Assembly: GCA_902634405.1 (NCBI GenBank)
Contig: CACPJY010000006.1
Location: 10,852-74,851, forward strand
Length of the DNA: 64,000 nt
Source of the DNA: an uncultured Synechococcaceae cyanobacterium
Lineage (GTDB): Bacteria; Cyanobacteriota; Cyanobacteriia; PCC-6307; Cyanobiaceae
Reading direction: 5' to 3'
Shown here: positions 10,795 through 21,076 of the stretch, one piece after another
Numbering within the stretch: the first letter of the stretch is position 1
How the letters are laid out: each line of letters begins with the position of its first letter
Position numbers and translations under genes: made by a program
Notes under the pieces: model-generated
The model's input: only the letters and a program-made list of their open reading frames with translations
Told to the model about the DNA's origin: nothing
Databases searched by the model: none

Positions 10795-11064
10795 TTATCT
10801 CTTTCTTGGACCACCAGGCCTGTTGCCCCCAGCCCTTCCTCCTCCTCCTCCAGCATTCCTTTCTCTGTAGGTTATGCGTCCTCTTGTTAGGTCATATGGA
10901 CTTATCTCAACAAGAACCTTGTCCCCAGCAAGAAGTTTGATGCGAAACTTAGTTAATTTTCCAGCTGCTCGGCATAAACACTGATGACCTGCTGGTTGTT
11001 CAAGAGTTACAAGGTAAAACCCATTTCCTTGCTCTTTCTCTATGACACCTGATGTCTCAATCAT
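10795..11064 (-). CDS. IF-1-like S1/OB-fold protein with a Gly/Arg-rich C-terminal tail
   Basis: By eye it aligns along its length with bacterial IF-1 (GDKVLVEISPYDLTRGRITYRER versus [23 protein letters not shown]). It carries an extra tail, NAGGGGGRAGGNRPGGPRKR. Confidence 0.75.
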   Translation of the reverse strand: MIETSGVIEKEQGNGFYLVTLEQPAGHQCLCRAAGKLTKFRIKLLAGDKVLVEISPYDLTRGRITYRERNAGGGGGRAGGNRPGGPRKR

Positions 11065-11264
11065 TAGGGAAGACTTTTCGATATTTAATACATATTCTAG
11101 AGGGTTAACTAATACTTGCTATGCATTTAAGAAAACATATTTATATCAACCTTATTGAAATCAGACCTACTACATAACTGAACGTGAATGAATCTAAAAG
11201 TTTTGATCCACCATCTCGATTATTAAAGGTGAGAAGTAGGAGAACTTAAAACAATTATTGGGAT

Positions 11265-11480
11265 TCAGCCAAGAGCTTCTTGGAGCTCTTTTGCAGTTTG
11301 CCATTGGCCATAATAGTAATTTGCTGTTGATCTTCTTTCATTGTCATCTAACCGATCAATTGCATCAAATCCAATGTTTCTCCAAAGTGAGTGGCCGCAT
11401 AACTTATCTAGTTCTTTAGCTGCCTCATTCGACAGATTATCTAAGCGTCTGTTTAAGTTTTTGATTTGTACTAAGGACAT
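11265..11480 (-). CDS. hypothetical protein
   Basis: 71-aa ORF with a coding-like composition. No motif recognised. Confidence 0.45.
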   Translation of the reverse strand: MSLVQIKNLNRRLDNLSNEAAKELDKLCGHSLWRNIGFDAIDRLDDNERRSTANYYYGQWQTAKELQEALG

Positions 11481-11550
11481 TTTTTAAAGTTAAGCAATCT
11501 GATTTATAGTACAAACAAACCATAGATCGTGCCAGTCTTTATTGAAGAAA

Positions 11551-12525
11551 TCAGAATGGAAGCTTCTTTTTGGCTTCGATATCAAGATCCGCTTCCATTT
11601 CTCTTAGCCTCTTTATGATCATAGAATAATATTCTTTTATGTAATCTTCTAATTTCGTTGTTTCATCTGGATTTAGCCCATAAGTATTATATGTTTCTTG
11701 CATTGGTGAATTTAAAATTGTATCTCCATTTGTCACCTTAGCAAAGGAGAGTCGTTCAGCTACACTTAATGTCGGCTGAAAAAGAGAAACTAAAGCTTGC
11801 GTGAGTTCAATTAAAAAAGGAGATACACGAAGCACCTTTGCTTTCTTATCACTTGCTCTTTCGCATAATTTGATTACCTCAGCTGCTGTCCAGCCCTTAG
11901 GTCCGACAATGGGAAATACCTTTCTAATTGATTCTGGTACTTGAAGAGATCTGACTGCAAACTTGGCTACATCTTGTGTATTCATATATGCTATTTCTGA
12001 TCTCTTACTGCTTATCCAAACCGTTTGACTATCAATTATCGGTATTGCAAATTGTCCTATAACCCCTTGCATAAAAGCTACACCCTGTAAAATAGTATAA
12101 TCTAAATTAGATTCAATTAATAGACGTTCTGTGCAATATTTTATATCCATAAGGGGCACATCACGGTTATTTTCTGAACCTAATAGCGATAGGAATATAA
12201 CTCTTTTAACATCATTTTTATCGCATGCTCTGTATAGGTTTAATTTACCATTCCAGTCAATTTCATAAACACTTTTGCTATCGTCTGGCCTCGCGGTCGC
12301 TGCATCTATAACAGCATCAACTCCTTCTAGGGCATATTCGATCTCTTCAGGTTTTAAAAGGTCTCCTTGTGTAAGTTCACAGCCCCATTCTTGTAAAAAA
12401 GCTGCTTTACGTGGTGACCTAACCATACACCTGACTTGAAAGCCTTCATCAGCGGCTCTTTTGGCGATTTGTCTGCCTAACGTGCCTGTTCCGCCTATTA
12501 CAAGAACTTGTATAGATTTCGTCAT
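11551..12525 (-). CDS. ycf39: Ycf39-like NmrA/atypical SDR protein (photosystem II assembly factor homolog)
   Basis: VLVIGGTGTLGRQIAKRA Rossmann N-terminus, FLQEWGCEL..GDL, IDAATARPDD and a charged C-terminal tail, as I remember cyanobacterial and plastid Ycf39. Confidence 0.8.
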   Translation of the reverse strand: MTKSIQVLVIGGTGTLGRQIAKRAADEGFQVRCMVRSPRKAAFLQEWGCELTQGDLLKPEEIEYALEGVDAVIDAATARPDDSKSVYEIDWNGKLNLYRACDKNDVKRVIFLSLLGSENNRDVPLMDIKYCTERLLIESNLDYTILQGVAFMQGVIGQFAIPIIDSQTVWISSKRSEIAYMNTQDVAKFAVRSLQVPESIRKVFPIVGPKGWTAAEVIKLCERASDKKAKVLRVSPFLIELTQALVSLFQPTLSVAERLSFAKVTNGDTILNSPMQETYNTYGLNPDETTKLEDYIKEYYSMIIKRLREMEADLDIEAKKKLPF

Positions 12526-12560
12526 TTCAGTTCGACTTCATGTTTTTTCTTTTTAATGAA

Positions 12561-12659
12561 TTAGTCCCCTTGGAACTTTAGGAGAACAGCTCCCATTACT
12601 AGCCCTAAAGGAATCAGTATCCAGAAAACTGCTGCTGTAGCAAAAATTTCTGATGCCAT
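12561..12659 (-). CDS. petM: cytochrome b6-f complex subunit PetM (32 aa, absent from the ORF track)
   Basis: Hand translation gives [32 protein letters not shown]. This is a single TM helix ending in LKFQGD, as in picocyanobacterial PetM. Confidence 0.75.
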   Translation of the reverse strand: MASEIFATAAVFWILIPLGLVMGAVLLKFQGD

Positions 12660-12787
12660 TGTCATATATGTGAATTACAGAAGGAATTTAAGTCCCAGAG
12701 AGCCAAATTGCGATGCAAACGACAAAATTCAAAGATCTATAGAACGATTTGTGATCCAATGGGTTCAAACGAGACCCATTGAGATTG

Positions 12788-13744
12788 ATGGATTTTGCAG
12801 TTAAGCCAGACCAACCGCTTTGGGGTCAACCAAATTTTAGCTACTGGAATGGACTTCGTTATTTTTGGCAGGTTTCTGGTTTTAGATCTAACAACATAAT
12901 TGTTTTTCTACATGGTTTCGGTGCTAATAGCGCTCATTGGAGAAGAAATGCTGCTTTCTTTGCTAACGAGGGTTTTTGCGTATATGGGATTGATCTGGTT
13001 GGATTTGGCATGTCCGAACAACCTGGGTTACGACAATTTCAACCACTTGATAACAAGATTTGGTCAGATCAACTCATTTCGTTCCTAAAGGAAGTCATTC
13101 AAGTTAAATCTTCTCAAAAGGTTGTTCTTATAGCTAATTCACTAGGAAGTTTAATTGCTCTAACTGCAAAGGCTTATGAGCCTAATTTAATTACAACTTT
13201 TATTGCAGCTCCTCTTCCAGATCCAGTATTAATGACTCAACCAGTTAGTACTCATTCGAGATTGCTTAAATCTATTCTCAGAACTATAACTAAATTAGTA
13301 ATTTACCTACTTCCTATAGATTTATTTCTTCCTATTATTGTTAGAACAAAAATTTTAGACATTTCATTGAAATCAGCTTATTTTGGGAAGATATTTAAAT
13401 ACAAACAACTTAGAAAAATTATTGCCAAGCCTGCTCAGCGCCCTACAGCATCTGCATCTCTAAGGTCTATGTGCATTGGAATGTCCCTTAGACCATTCCA
13501 AATTACTGCTCCCGCGCTGCTGGACAAACTGGATAAGAGCTCATGCCAAAAATCTTTTTTATTGTTGTGGGGAAGTTGCGATCGCTTTGTTCCTATTAAA
13601 CTTGGAGAACAAATATCTAGCCAATATCCTTGGATCGACTTTAAGGTTATTGCTTCTTCAGGACATTGTCCTCACGATGAGTCACCTGAGGTCTTTAACA
13701 GGACTGTTATGGATTGGCTAAATCGTATTCTTAATCAGTTTTAG
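12788..13744 (+). CDS. alpha/beta hydrolase
   Basis: [16 protein letters not shown], the nucleophile elbow NSLGS and a C-terminal [13 protein letters not shown] prefer the ATG at 12788 over the TTG at 12779. Confidence 0.7.
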   Translation: MDFAVKPDQPLWGQPNFSYWNGLRYFWQVSGFRSNNIIVFLHGFGANSAHWRRNAAFFANEGFCVYGIDLVGFGMSEQPGLRQFQPLDNKIWSDQLISFLKEVIQVKSSQKVVLIANSLGSLIALTAKAYEPNLITTFIAAPLPDPVLMTQPVSTHSRLLKSILRTITKLVIYLLPIDLFLPIIVRTKILDISLKSAYFGKIFKYKQLRKIIAKPAQRPTASASLRSMCIGMSLRPFQITAPALLDKLDKSSCQKSFLLLWGSCDRFVPIKLGEQISSQYPWIDFKVIASSGHCPHDESPEVFNRTVMDWLNRILNQF

Positions 13745-13748
13745 AACT

Positions 13749-14279
13749 ATGAAGCACACACTTTCAGTGGTGGTAGAAGATGAATCAGGTGCACTCAGCA
13801 GAATTGCAGGGCTGTTTGCGCGTAGAGGCTTCAATATCGATAGCCTTGCTGTTGGGCCAGCTGAATTAGAAGGTCAATCTCGTTTAACAATGGTTGTTCA
13901 AGGTGACGAGCATACTCTGGAACAAATGACCAAGCAATTAGACAAGTTGGTTAATGTTCTTCAGGTCCTAGATCTAACAGCTAGGCCCGCTGTCGAAAGG
14001 GAATTAATGCTATTGAAGGTATCTGCTCCCTCTAATCAAAGAAGTTCAATTTTCGATCTTGTACAGGTCTTTAGAGCGAATGTTGTTGATGTAGCAGATG
14101 AAGCCCTTACTCTTGAAGTTGTTGGTGACCCAGGAAAATTAGTTGCTTTAGAAAAACTATTGGCTCAATATGGAATCTTAGAGATCGCCAGGACAGGCAA
14201 GGTTGCCCTTGAAAGAGCATCGGGAGTCAACACTGAACTCTTGAAGACTTCATCAAATTCAGCTAGATTTCCAGCTTAA
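13749..14279 (+). CDS. ilvH: acetolactate synthase small (regulatory) subunit
   Basis: The ACT-domain N-terminus is [35 protein letters not shown]. Length is typical at 176 aa. Confidence 0.9.
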   Translation: MKHTLSVVVEDESGALSRIAGLFARRGFNIDSLAVGPAELEGQSRLTMVVQGDEHTLEQMTKQLDKLVNVLQVLDLTARPAVERELMLLKVSAPSNQRSSIFDLVQVFRANVVDVADEALTLEVVGDPGKLVALEKLLAQYGILEIARTGKVALERASGVNTELLKTSSNSARFPA

Positions 14280-14289
14280 GTAACTAATA

Positions 14290-14994
14290 TTATTTCTCTT
14301 CTAGGGTAATACTTATTATCTTGTCTTTTTGATTTATCTTTTCAACAATTTCCATACCATCTATAACTTTTCCAAATACAGCATATCGACCGTTTAGCTC
14401 ATCTAACTTCCTAAGTGTTATATAAAATTGTGAACTGGCCGAATTTGGTGATTGTGATCTAGCCATTGCTAACGAACCTTTCTCATGTTTCAATTCTAAC
14501 CTCATTAAATCATCAGGATTGGAAGATGTTTTTCCGTATCTAGGGACTGCCTCATTATTTAATTTTATTTCGAATGGTATATATCTGATCTTATTTGTTG
14601 TCTCTTCAATAAATAAACCCTTTCCGTATTCACTTTTAGATGTCTGATGGAGTTTAGTTGTTGGATCTCCTCCCTGAATGATGTATGGATAAGGTGTTTT
14701 TATAACTCTATGAAATGCGGTGCCGTCATAAACTCCTTTTTTTGATAGGTCTACAAAGTTGCCTGCCGTTACAGGTGCTGAAGTGCCATTTACTTCAATT
14801 TTTATAATTCCTTTGGTCGTATTCATGTTTAAAACGGCAGTACCATGAATACATGGAATATTTTCTATTGGACATAAAAATGTCTTTTTTGTAGGGTGGA
14901 ATTGGCTACAACCACTTATGATTAGGGAACAAATATAAATGATAGGATTTATTCTAATTCTACAAACCCTATTTAGTTTACTATTTATATTCAC
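14290..14994 (-). CDS. cyclophilin-type peptidyl-prolyl cis-trans isomerase, probable lipoprotein
   Basis: FHRVI, IQGGDP, LAMAR and SQFYIT cyclophilin motifs. The N-terminal lipobox is LIISGC. GTG start with a GTGA overlap onto the ycf4 stop. Confidence 0.85.
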   Translation of the reverse strand: MNINSKLNRVCRIRINPIIYICSLIISGCSQFHPTKKTFLCPIENIPCIHGTAVLNMNTTKGIIKIEVNGTSAPVTAGNFVDLSKKGVYDGTAFHRVIKTPYPYIIQGGDPTTKLHQTSKSEYGKGLFIEETTNKIRYIPFEIKLNNEAVPRYGKTSSNPDDLMRLELKHEKGSLAMARSQSPNSASSQFYITLRKLDELNGRYAVFGKVIDGMEIVEKINQKDKIISITLEEK

Positions 14995-15524
14995 GTGCTT
15001 GAGCCTTCGATATTTACTTCAAGAAACTTTGCAAGTTCAGCTCCATTCTTTTCTAATTCAATGATTGGAATTGGTTGTCCAGGCCTTGTAATTGGAATAT
15101 CTCTCATTCCTCTTAAGCGTAGAGATAAAGACCTTTTAGGGTTTAAGCCTTCTCGCACCTGTAACTTAACTGCTTGAACATCTTTAATTGGTATTTCAAT
15201 TGTTATCTCTTTAAATAACGCTCTTCTAGAGATTGTTATAACACCGGCATTTTTATCAAACTTATTAATTCCTCCACCAAAATTTATTGCATAAAGGAAC
15301 CAAATGTAAATTGCCAATAATATTGCGAATACTCCATAGATTCCCATGATCAGACCCTGAGGGACAAAAAGGAGAGTTGAAGGGTTACCAACCGGCAAAA
15401 GGTTTTTACCGAGATAACTTGATGAAGCCGCAAGTGAAAAACCAACACCTCCAATTGAAGCTACCGATCCAATGATCAAATTCGACGTGCTTCTCGATCC
15501 AATTACCTTTTCTTCTAACAACAT
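14991..15524 (-). CDS. ycf4: photosystem I assembly protein Ycf4
   Basis: VIGSRSTSN at the N-terminus, two TM helices and a 177-aa length are typical of Ycf4. The gene lies directly upstream of, and divergent from, psbD. Confidence 0.85.
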   Translation of the reverse strand: MLLEEKVIGSRSTSNLIIGSVASIGGVGFSLAASSSYLGKNLLPVGNPSTLLFVPQGLIMGIYGVFAILLAIYIWFLYAINFGGGINKFDKNAGVITISRRALFKEITIEIPIKDVQAVKLQVREGLNPKRSLSLRLRGMRDIPITRPGQPIPIIELEKNGAELAKFLEVNIEGSST

Positions 15525-15754
15525 TGAAAGAAACCTCTTTTAGTCAGTGATTTTTTTTTATTTTGACCAAATTGGCCAAAACGCAGGCTAATTCTCGCTT
15601 GAAGAGGAAATTTTTGGCAAAAATGCTCACATTTTTCGGTAAAAGCACTACAAGGAGTTTCAGGTATGAGTCACATTTGCCCAAAATCAGCATTGGAATT
15701 GTTAAGGTCTTCGGGTATCCACCAGCTTGCGTTTAACCCGCATCGATTTCACCC

Positions 15755-16810
15755 ATGACGATCGCTGTAGGACGCGTGCCTCAAAAAGGATGGTTTGACG
15801 TCCTTGATGATTGGCTAAAACGCGACCGATTCGTTTTTGTTGGATGGTCCGGTCTACTTCTATTCCCAACTGCTTATTTAGCAATCGGCGGTTGGTTTGC
15901 CGGCACCACCTTCGTTACCTCCTGGTATACCCACGGAGTAGCTAGTTCTTATTTAGAAGGTTGTAACTTCCTTACTGCTGCAGTAAGCACACCTGCTGAC
16001 GCTTTAGGCCACAGCCTCCTTCTTCTGTGGGGTCCAGAGGCTCAGGGAGACTTCCAGCGATGGTTCCAGCTAGGCGGACTTTGGAACTTTGTTGCCTTAC
16101 ATGGAGTCTTTGCACTTATCGGCTTCATGCTTCGTCAGTTCGAGATTGCTCGTTTAGTCGGCATTCGTCCCTATAACGCCCTTGCTTTCTCTGCACCTAT
16201 AGCAGTCTTCTTAGCAGCTTTTTTGATCTATCCACTAGGTCAACACAGTTGGTTCTTTGCTCCTTCATTTGGAGTAGCTGCAATCTTCCGATTCATCCTC
16301 TTTATTCAAGGCTTCCATAATTGGACCTTGAATCCTTTCCACATGATGGGAGTTGCTGGAATCCTTGGAGGCGCCCTTTTGTGTGCTATTCATGGAGCCA
16401 CTGTTCAAAACACTCTCTATCAAGATGGAGAGAGGAGCACAACTTTTACTGCATTTGACCCAACTCAGGAAGAAGAGACCTATTCAATGGTCACAGCTAA
16501 CCGATTCTGGAGTCAGATCTTTGGTATAGCTTTTTCTAACAAGCGATGGCTTCACTTCTTCATGCTTTTTGTACCCGTAATGGGTATGTGGGCACCTTCA
16601 ATTGGTCTTGTAGGTCTCGCTCTCAATTTGCGTGCATACGACTTTGTTAGCCAGGAGATCAGAGCTGCAGAAGATCCTGAGTTTGAGACTTTCTATACCA
16701 AAAACGTTCTTTTGAACGAAGGTATGCGTGCCTGGATGGCGACTGCAGACCAGCCACACGAAAACTTTGTATTCCCAGAGGAGGTACTGCCCCGTGGAAA
16801 CGCCCTCTAA
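15755..16810 (+). CDS. psbD: photosystem II D2 protein
   Basis: The match to D2 is near-complete, from MTIAVGR...[21 protein letters not shown] to [12 protein letters not shown]. Confidence 0.97.
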   Translation: MTIAVGRVPQKGWFDVLDDWLKRDRFVFVGWSGLLLFPTAYLAIGGWFAGTTFVTSWYTHGVASSYLEGCNFLTAAVSTPADALGHSLLLLWGPEAQGDFQRWFQLGGLWNFVALHGVFALIGFMLRQFEIARLVGIRPYNALAFSAPIAVFLAAFLIYPLGQHSWFFAPSFGVAAIFRFILFIQGFHNWTLNPFHMMGVAGILGGALLCAIHGATVQNTLYQDGERSTTFTAFDPTQEEETYSMVTANRFWSQIFGIAFSNKRWLHFFMLFVPVMGMWAPSIGLVGLALNLRAYDFVSQEIRAAEDPEFETFYTKNVLLNEGMRAWMATADQPHENFVFPEEVLPRGNAL

Positions 16811-18185
16811 TACCCCAAGCCTATTTAGTCTCGAGAATGCTTCATTCGAAGAGTCTGGATATGCCTGGTATGTAGGAAACGCTCGACTTATCAATCTTTC
16901 GGGTCGTTTGTTGGGAGCTCACATAGCCCATGCAGGCTTAATGGTCTTTTGGGCCGGAGCGATGTTGCTTTACGAGGTGAGTCACTTCACCTTTGATAAG
17001 CCAATGTGGGAACAGGGTTTGATCCTGATGCCACACGTCGCAACTTTTGGTTATGGAATAGGAGTAGGTGGCGAAGTTACTGACATCTACCCCTTCTTCG
17101 CAGCTGGTGTAGTTCATTTGGTTGCATCAGCAGTCCTAGGACTTGGCGGAATATTCCACGCTCTATATGGTCCTGCAAGACTCGAAGAAATTTCTCCTTT
17201 CTTCTCTCAGGATTGGCGTGATAAAGAGCAAATGAACAAGATTTTAGGTAGACATCTTTGTGTACTTGGTCTTGGATCACTCGCTTTTTCTGTTAATTGG
17301 ATCTTCCTTGGTGGTGCCTATGACACATGGGCTCCAGGTGGAGGAACAGTACATTTGATATCTAATCCAACTCTTAATCCAATAAAACTTCATTATTGGC
17401 TTTCCAATACCCCATGGGGTGGTGGAGGTTGGATAGTTGGTGTCAATTCAATGGAAGATATTGTTGGTGGTCATGTTTGGCTAGGGGTTTTCCAACTTCT
17501 TGGTGGACATTTCCATATGCAAACAAAGGTTCCTGGTTGGTGCAGAAGAGCATTTATCTGGAATGGAGAAGCCTTACTTAGCTATGCACTAGGTGGTCTA
17601 TGTGTAGCAAGTTTTGTAGCTTCAACCTTCATTTGGTTCAACAACACTGCTTATCCATCTGAGTTCTACGGTCCAACTAACGCCGAAGCTTCTCAGGCTC
17701 AGAGCTTTACCTTCTTAGTAAGGGACCAGCGCATTGGAGCAAACATTGGATCTGCAATGGGACCAACAGGACTAGGTAAATACTTGATGCGTTCACCAAC
17801 TGGAGAAATTATCTTCGGTGGAGAGACTATGCGCTTTTGGGATTTCAGAGGCCCTTGGTTAGAGCCACTCAGAGGTCCTAATGGTTTGAGTTTGGATAAG
17901 CTCCAAAATGATATTCAGCCATGGCAAGTTCGTCGTGCTGCTGAATATATGACTCACGCTCCAAACGCTTCAATCAACTCAGTTGGTGGAATCATTACTG
18001 AGCCTAACGCTGTTAACTTTGTAAACTTGCGTCAATGGTTGGCTTCAGCTCACTTCTTCCTTGGTTGGTTCACATTTATTGGCCACCTATGGCATGCAGG
18101 TAGAGCTCGTGCTGCTGCTGCTGGTTTCGAAAAAGGAATTGATAGAAAGACAGAGCCTGTATTGGCAATGCCTGATCTAGACTGA
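16794..18185 (+). CDS. psbC: photosystem II CP43 chlorophyll apoprotein
   Basis: [30 protein letters not shown] and a C-terminal [10 protein letters not shown] chose the GTG at 16794, which overlaps psbD by 17 nt. The ORF track's ATG at 16728 would add 22 residues. Confidence 0.95.
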   Translation: METPSNTPSLFSLENASFEESGYAWYVGNARLINLSGRLLGAHIAHAGLMVFWAGAMLLYEVSHFTFDKPMWEQGLILMPHVATFGYGIGVGGEVTDIYPFFAAGVVHLVASAVLGLGGIFHALYGPARLEEISPFFSQDWRDKEQMNKILGRHLCVLGLGSLAFSVNWIFLGGAYDTWAPGGGTVHLISNPTLNPIKLHYWLSNTPWGGGGWIVGVNSMEDIVGGHVWLGVFQLLGGHFHMQTKVPGWCRRAFIWNGEALLSYALGGLCVASFVASTFIWFNNTAYPSEFYGPTNAEASQAQSFTFLVRDQRIGANIGSAMGPTGLGKYLMRSPTGEIIFGGETMRFWDFRGPWLEPLRGPNGLSLDKLQNDIQPWQVRRAAEYMTHAPNASINSVGGIITEPNAVNFVNLRQWLASAHFFLGWFTFIGHLWHAGRARAAAAGFEKGIDRKTEPVLAMPDLD

Positions 18186-18207
18186 TTTACCTTTTTCATC
18201 TTTGACT

Positions 18208-18238
18208 AAAAGCCCTCTAAATGAGGGCTTTTTTTTAT
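18208..18238 (+). terminator. rho-independent terminator after psbC
   Basis: Hairpin AAAGCCCTC-TAAAT-GAGGGCTTT followed by a T-run, about 25 nt after the psbC stop. Confidence 0.7.
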
Positions 18239-18249
18239 TATCTAGGACT

Positions 18250-18873
18250 CTAGGGACCTGCTAAATAATGTCTTCTCAGCCATGGAAGACTAATACCGAT
18301 AACATTGCTATAACAACCTTCGATTTTTGTGATATTTAATCCACCTATTCCATCTATCGCAAAACCCCCAGCACAAGACAAAGGTTCTTTTGTCTTTATA
18401 TAACATTCAATTTCCTTATCCGTTAATTTCTCAAAAAAGATCTTTGTTGTAACAGTTTTGGACACGGTATCAGATTCTGAATTAATTAAATTTTCCTTAT
18501 TAGGATCTTTTGGTAGATAAATCAAATGGTGACCAGTATGAATGTATCCTGCCTTCCCATTGATTTCCTTCCATCTCTCTAGTGCATCTACTATTGACTT
18601 AGGCTTGCCAAAGATATTATTGCTAAATTCAAATAGTGAATCACATGCAAGTATTGCTGTTGTTTTAGAAATATCAAAATTACTGACTTTATTCTCTAAT
18701 AGTTTTTGGAAGACATTATTAGCTTTTTGTCGAGCAAGAATAGATGTTAATCTCTTGACATCCTTACATAAGTTATTATCTTCTCTTATAGTACTTACTA
18801 TAATTTTATGTTCTATTCCTGCTTGAAGGAGTAGACTTTTACGTGCATTGGAAGCTGATGCAAGAACTAGCAA
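18250..18873 (-). CDS. maf: Maf-like nucleoside triphosphate pyrophosphatase
   Basis: LVLASASNARKSLL at the N-terminus and CAGGFAIDGIGG near the C-terminus resemble Maf family signatures. Confidence 0.8.
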   Translation of the reverse strand: MLVLASASNARKSLLLQAGIEHKIIVSTIREDNNLCKDVKRLTSILARQKANNVFQKLLENKVSNFDISKTTAILACDSLFEFSNNIFGKPKSIVDALERWKEINGKAGYIHTGHHLIYLPKDPNKENLINSESDTVSKTVTTKIFFEKLTDKEIECYIKTKEPLSCAGGFAIDGIGGLNITKIEGCYSNVIGISLPWLRRHYLAGP

Positions 18874-18946
18874 GTTTTCTTCTTCTTCTTCCTATATTGT
18901 ACGAACAATTTGCAAAATGAATTTATAAATGTTTCTTAATTGAAAA

Positions 18947-19321
18947 ATGTCCAAAATGCAGAATTTGATTCAATCTAGATTAATTATTGCTTTAAGATGT
19001 CTGCCTTTCAACCTTAAATTTTACCGTGATATTCAAGAAGAGGGGTTTTCAGCAGAATATATTTTCATTAATAAGCATCAGTACTGTTTGAAAGGACATA
19101 AATGGTTTAATAAACCTCGAGATGTTGAAAAGTATTTTATATGGCTTATTAAGATCGGCCTTGTCAGGAGAGAGGTTGATGGTCAAGGTCTTACATCCAG
19201 AATTCGATTGACTCCATTAGGTAGAAATATCATTGAAGTAAAGCCATACTTGCCAGAACAGAAAGCAAGTTATATAGAAAAAATCAAATTCCATTTAACT
19301 ACTAATTGTTTGTTTATATGA
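18947..19321 (+). CDS. hypothetical protein
   Basis: 124-aa ORF. Its stop overlaps the cobQ ATG (ATGA), which suggests co-transcription. Confidence 0.5.
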   Translation: MSKMQNLIQSRLIIALRCLPFNLKFYRDIQEEGFSAEYIFINKHQYCLKGHKWFNKPRDVEKYFIWLIKIGLVRREVDGQGLTSRIRLTPLGRNIIEVKPYLPEQKASYIEKIKFHLTTNCLFI

Positions 19322-20838
19322 CCATCACACCTTCCAGCACTCCAATAATGGTCCTTGGCACTACTAGCGGTGCTGGAAAGTCTTTGTTGGCAACTGCACT
19401 ATGTCGCTGTTTACAAAAAAGACACGTCTTGCCATATCCCTTTAAGGGGCAAAACATGAGCAATAACGCTTGGGTAGATAAAACAGGTGGAGAAATGGCG
19501 TATTCACAAGCATTACAGGCCTGGGGGGCAGGAGTTGAACCGGTATGTCTAATGAATCCAATTTTATTGAAACCAATAGGGGGATACAAAAGTGAGGTTA
19601 TACATCTCGGGAAAAGTGTTGGGTTGGTAAATGCAGAAAATTACTATCAAGAGTGGTTTCGACCTGGATGGGAAGCTATACGAACAGCTTTAAAGAAGAT
19701 TTACGCAGAAAATCAAAACTACAAACTAATTCTTGAAGGAGCTGGAAGCCCTGTAGAAGTTAACCTGCAATATAGAGACCTGACTAACTTAAGATTAGCT
19801 CAGTATGTTGGTGCCAAATGTATTTTAGTTGCTGATATAGAAAGAGGTGGTGTATTTGCTCAAATAGTAGGAACGCTCTCCCTTCTCCGCCCAGTCGAAC
19901 GTAAACTAATAAAAGGAATAATAATTAATAAATTTAGAGGAAGAAGAGAATTATTTGATGAAGGACGTAATTGGATAGAAACACATACTGGTATACCAGT
20001 ACTTGGAGTTATGCCATGGATCAATGAGAATTTCCCACCTGAAGATTCATTGGATTTAATTAATAGAAGTAAGTCATTAATTTCAGCTGAGATTAGAATT
20101 GGAGTTATAAGGCTGGCGAGTATTAGTAATTTTTCAGACTTAGATCCACTGGAAGCTGAAGAATCTGTCAAATTGGAATGGATAATGCCTAACAGTGATT
20201 TAAAAGATCTTGATGCATTGATTATTCCAGGTAGCAAACAAACAATTGATGATCTAAAGATATTAAAAGAAAGCAAACTTGACCAGAAGATCATCGAATA
20301 TGCTAATAAAAATGGAACTATTTTTGGTATATGTGGCGGCATGCAAATGTTAGGCAGTGCTTTAGTAGATCCTCATGATATGGAAAACTCTAAGTCAAGA
20401 CATATCAATGAAATAAAAGGTCTAGATCTATTGCCTATATGTACTGAATTCTCTAAAAACAAGCTTGTTAAACAATCTATGTATAGTATTTTATGGCCTA
20501 TAAAGATGGATGTATTAGGATTTGAAATTCACCATGGAATAACTTACTTGTTAGATGATTATAACGACAGCGTCAAACCTATCTTTGACGATAAAAGACT
20601 TGGCTGGTTTGTACAAACATCATCTAACAGCTCAATTGCTGGTTCTTACCTTCATGGTATTTTTGATAATGGTGCATGGAGACGACATTGGCTGAATCAA
20701 ATCCGTAGTAAGAAAAGGTTGGAAAAATTAGAAATTGTTAATTACCACTTTTCAAATCAAAGAGATATACTTCTAGATATTCTGTCAGATTCATTTCTTG
20801 AGTTTGTAAAAATTGACAACCTTCTCACACATGACTGA
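19318..20838 (+). CDS. cobQ: cobyric acid synthase
   Basis: VLGTTSGAGKSLLATALCR P-loop-like N-terminus and a C-terminal glutamine amidotransferase domain (IFGICGGMQMLG, HGIF). ATG at 19318 preferred. Confidence 0.9.
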   Translation: MTITPSSTPIMVLGTTSGAGKSLLATALCRCLQKRHVLPYPFKGQNMSNNAWVDKTGGEMAYSQALQAWGAGVEPVCLMNPILLKPIGGYKSEVIHLGKSVGLVNAENYYQEWFRPGWEAIRTALKKIYAENQNYKLILEGAGSPVEVNLQYRDLTNLRLAQYVGAKCILVADIERGGVFAQIVGTLSLLRPVERKLIKGIIINKFRGRRELFDEGRNWIETHTGIPVLGVMPWINENFPPEDSLDLINRSKSLISAEIRIGVIRLASISNFSDLDPLEAEESVKLEWIMPNSDLKDLDALIIPGSKQTIDDLKILKESKLDQKIIEYANKNGTIFGICGGMQMLGSALVDPHDMENSKSRHINEIKGLDLLPICTEFSKNKLVKQSMYSILWPIKMDVLGFEIHHGITYLLDDYNDSVKPIFDDKRLGWFVQTSSNSSIAGSYLHGIFDNGAWRRHWLNQIRSKKRLEKLEIVNYHFSNQRDILLDILSDSFLEFVKIDNLLTHD

Positions 20839-21076
20839 TCAGAAAGTTCTTGTACATTGGCCAAACGGTGTAACATCTTATTGTCATAAACAAGACTGTA
20901 TATTAGATGCAGCAAAATCTGCGGATGTCAGTATTCCATTTGGATGCTTACGGGGTAGTTGCGGTTCATGTGAGATTGAAGTAAATGGATTAACTGTAAG
21001 AGCTTGCATCACTCAATTCTCTATATTTGATCAATCTGAATTAGTAGTTGATTACTTTCAAGATTATATATGGTGA
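20831..21076 (+). CDS. plant-type [2Fe-2S] ferredoxin-like protein
   Basis: CLRGSCGSC (C-x4-C-x2-C) plus a downstream RACI Cys. The ATG at 20831 overlaps the cobQ stop by 8 nt. Confidence 0.7.
   Translation: MTDQKVLVHWPNGVTSYCHKQDCILDAAKSADVSIPFGCLRGSCGSCEIEVNGLTVRACITQFSIFDQSELVVDYFQDYIW

Noticed and set aside
15702-15884. 60-aa minus-strand ORF across the psbD start
   Set aside because: It overlaps the psbD start codon region antisense and has no motif. It is spurious.
19860-20342. 160-aa minus-strand ORF inside cobQ
   Set aside because: It is antisense to a well-supported gene. It has no motifs, and its Ser/Leu/Ile-rich composition is expected from the reverse frame of an AT-rich gene.
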